Assembly: GCA_027315135.1 (NCBI GenBank) | Contig: DAHUYR010000021.1 | Span: forward strand, 1 to 55,750 | DNA: 55,750 bases | Source of the DNA: Candidatus Micrarchaeota archaeon | GTDB taxonomy: Archaea > Micrarchaeota > Micrarchaeia > Micrarchaeales > CABMGC01 | Direction of reading: 5' to 3' | Shown here: piece after piece, positions 55,270 through 55,750 of the stretch | Position numbering within the stretch: position 1 is the first letter of the stretch | How the letters are laid out: each line of letters starts with the position of its first letter | Notes under the pieces: generated by a model | What the model was told of the DNA's origin: nothing | Seen by the model: only the letters and a program-made list of their open reading frames with translations | Databases searched by the model: none | Position numbers and translations under genes: made by a program

Positions 55270-55750
55270 ATGGCTGTAGTTGCAAAGAAGCTGAGACGCG
55301 GAGATTGTGTTGCAGTCATAGCTCCAGCTCTAAGTATGCATATGATAAGTGAGAATAACCAAAAAATTGCTATTTCGGTTCTCAGAAGATTAGGATTGGA
55401 GGTAAGGTATGGACAACACATAAAAGAAAGTGATGATTTTGTTTCGTCCTCTATAGAATCTCGAGTTGAGGACATCAATTGGGCTTTCAGCGACAGGAAA
55501 ATAAAAGGAATACTCACTGTTATAGGGGGTTTTAACTCCAATCAATTACTCAAATACCTAGACTACAAACTCATAAAAGAAAACCCAAAGATACTCTGCG
55601 GCTACTCTGACATAACTGCTCTGTCAAATGCAATTTATGCCAAAACAGGGCTTATTACTTATTCAGGGCCACATTTCTCTACTTTTGGGATGAAGCTTGG
55701 GTCCGAATTTACAGCAGAATATTTTCAGAAATGCCTAATGTCTTCAAAGC
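55270..55750 (+). CDS. LD-carboxypeptidase / peptidase S66 family (LdcA/MccF-like), 3' end outside the window
   Basis: The ORF is open from ATG 55270 to the window end and is missing from the ORF track because it has no stop. LRRGDCVAVIAPA..., ILTVIGGFNSNQLL and the nucleophile motif LCGYSDITAL are typical of S66 enzymes. Confidence 0.75.
   Translation, partial: MAVVAKKLRRGDCVAVIAPALSMHMISENNQKIAISVLRRLGLEVRYGQHIKESDDFVSSSIESRVEDINWAFSDRKIKGILTVIGGFNSNQLLKYLDYKLIKENPKILCGYSDITALSNAIYAKTGLITYSGPHFSTFGMKLGSEFTAEYFQKCLMSSK

Noticed and set aside
55263-55541. 92-aa minus-strand track ORF
   Set aside because: The plus strand carries an open, motif-rich LD-carboxypeptidase reading frame (GYSDITAL) running to the window end. 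The minus ORF is its shadow.
1-55750. CRISPR arrays, rRNA genes, IS elements, integrases and prophage structural genes
   Set aside because: No regularly spaced short direct repeats were seen, and no rRNA-like conserved stretches. No DDE, tyrosine- or serine-recombinase motifs and no capsid or terminase-like ORFs were recognised in any long ORF.

Overview
The window is a gene-dense stretch of an archaeal chromosome, roughly 40-45% GC by eye. About 90% is coding, and many stop/start codons overlap. The archaeal assignment rests on GatD/GatE, aIF5B, RpoK, the RFC large subunit, archaeal-type PheRS alpha/beta, uL30/uL15, a geranylgeranyl-reductase-family flavoprotein, a Sec11-type signal peptidase and an archaeal-type MiaB-like enzyme. 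The compact layout, the broken ribosomal-protein cluster and the abundance of sequon-rich surface proteins suggest a small-genome lineage such as DPANN or Micrarchaeota. That lineage guess is inference only.

Housekeeping genes recognised by motif are a beta-CASP RNase, uL15, uL30, rfcL, pheT, pheS, smc, rpoK, ileS, gatD, gatE, infB (aIF5B), ndk, tRNA-Glu(CUC) and tRNA-Thr(CGU). I saw no rRNA, CRISPR array, integrase or transposase.

Three accessory regions stand out:
- 30624-34791: a six-gene, translationally coupled operon ending in a 740-aa HerA/VirB4-class ATPase. It is preceded by two tiny helical-hairpin membrane proteins, a TM-anchored protein, a wHTH/coiled-coil protein and a small soluble protein. 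I read it as a candidate conjugation-like (Ced/Ted/T4SS-related) transfer or secretion apparatus that lacks several canonical parts.
- 8835-16923: a convergent surface-structure island. It holds a 165-aa secreted subunit whose domain recurs as the C-terminus of a 1274-aa multidomain adhesin, plus a membrane-anchored Ig-like protein, a MinD/ParA ATPase and a 683-aa anchored glycoprotein. Two dispersed repeat families bracket the island.
- 4646-8070: a cassette of a GT1-like glycosyltransferase, a HAD/Zn-ribbon/methyltransferase fusion and an HprK-like P-loop kinase.

All family calls come from reading motifs in the supplied translations. No database search was possible.
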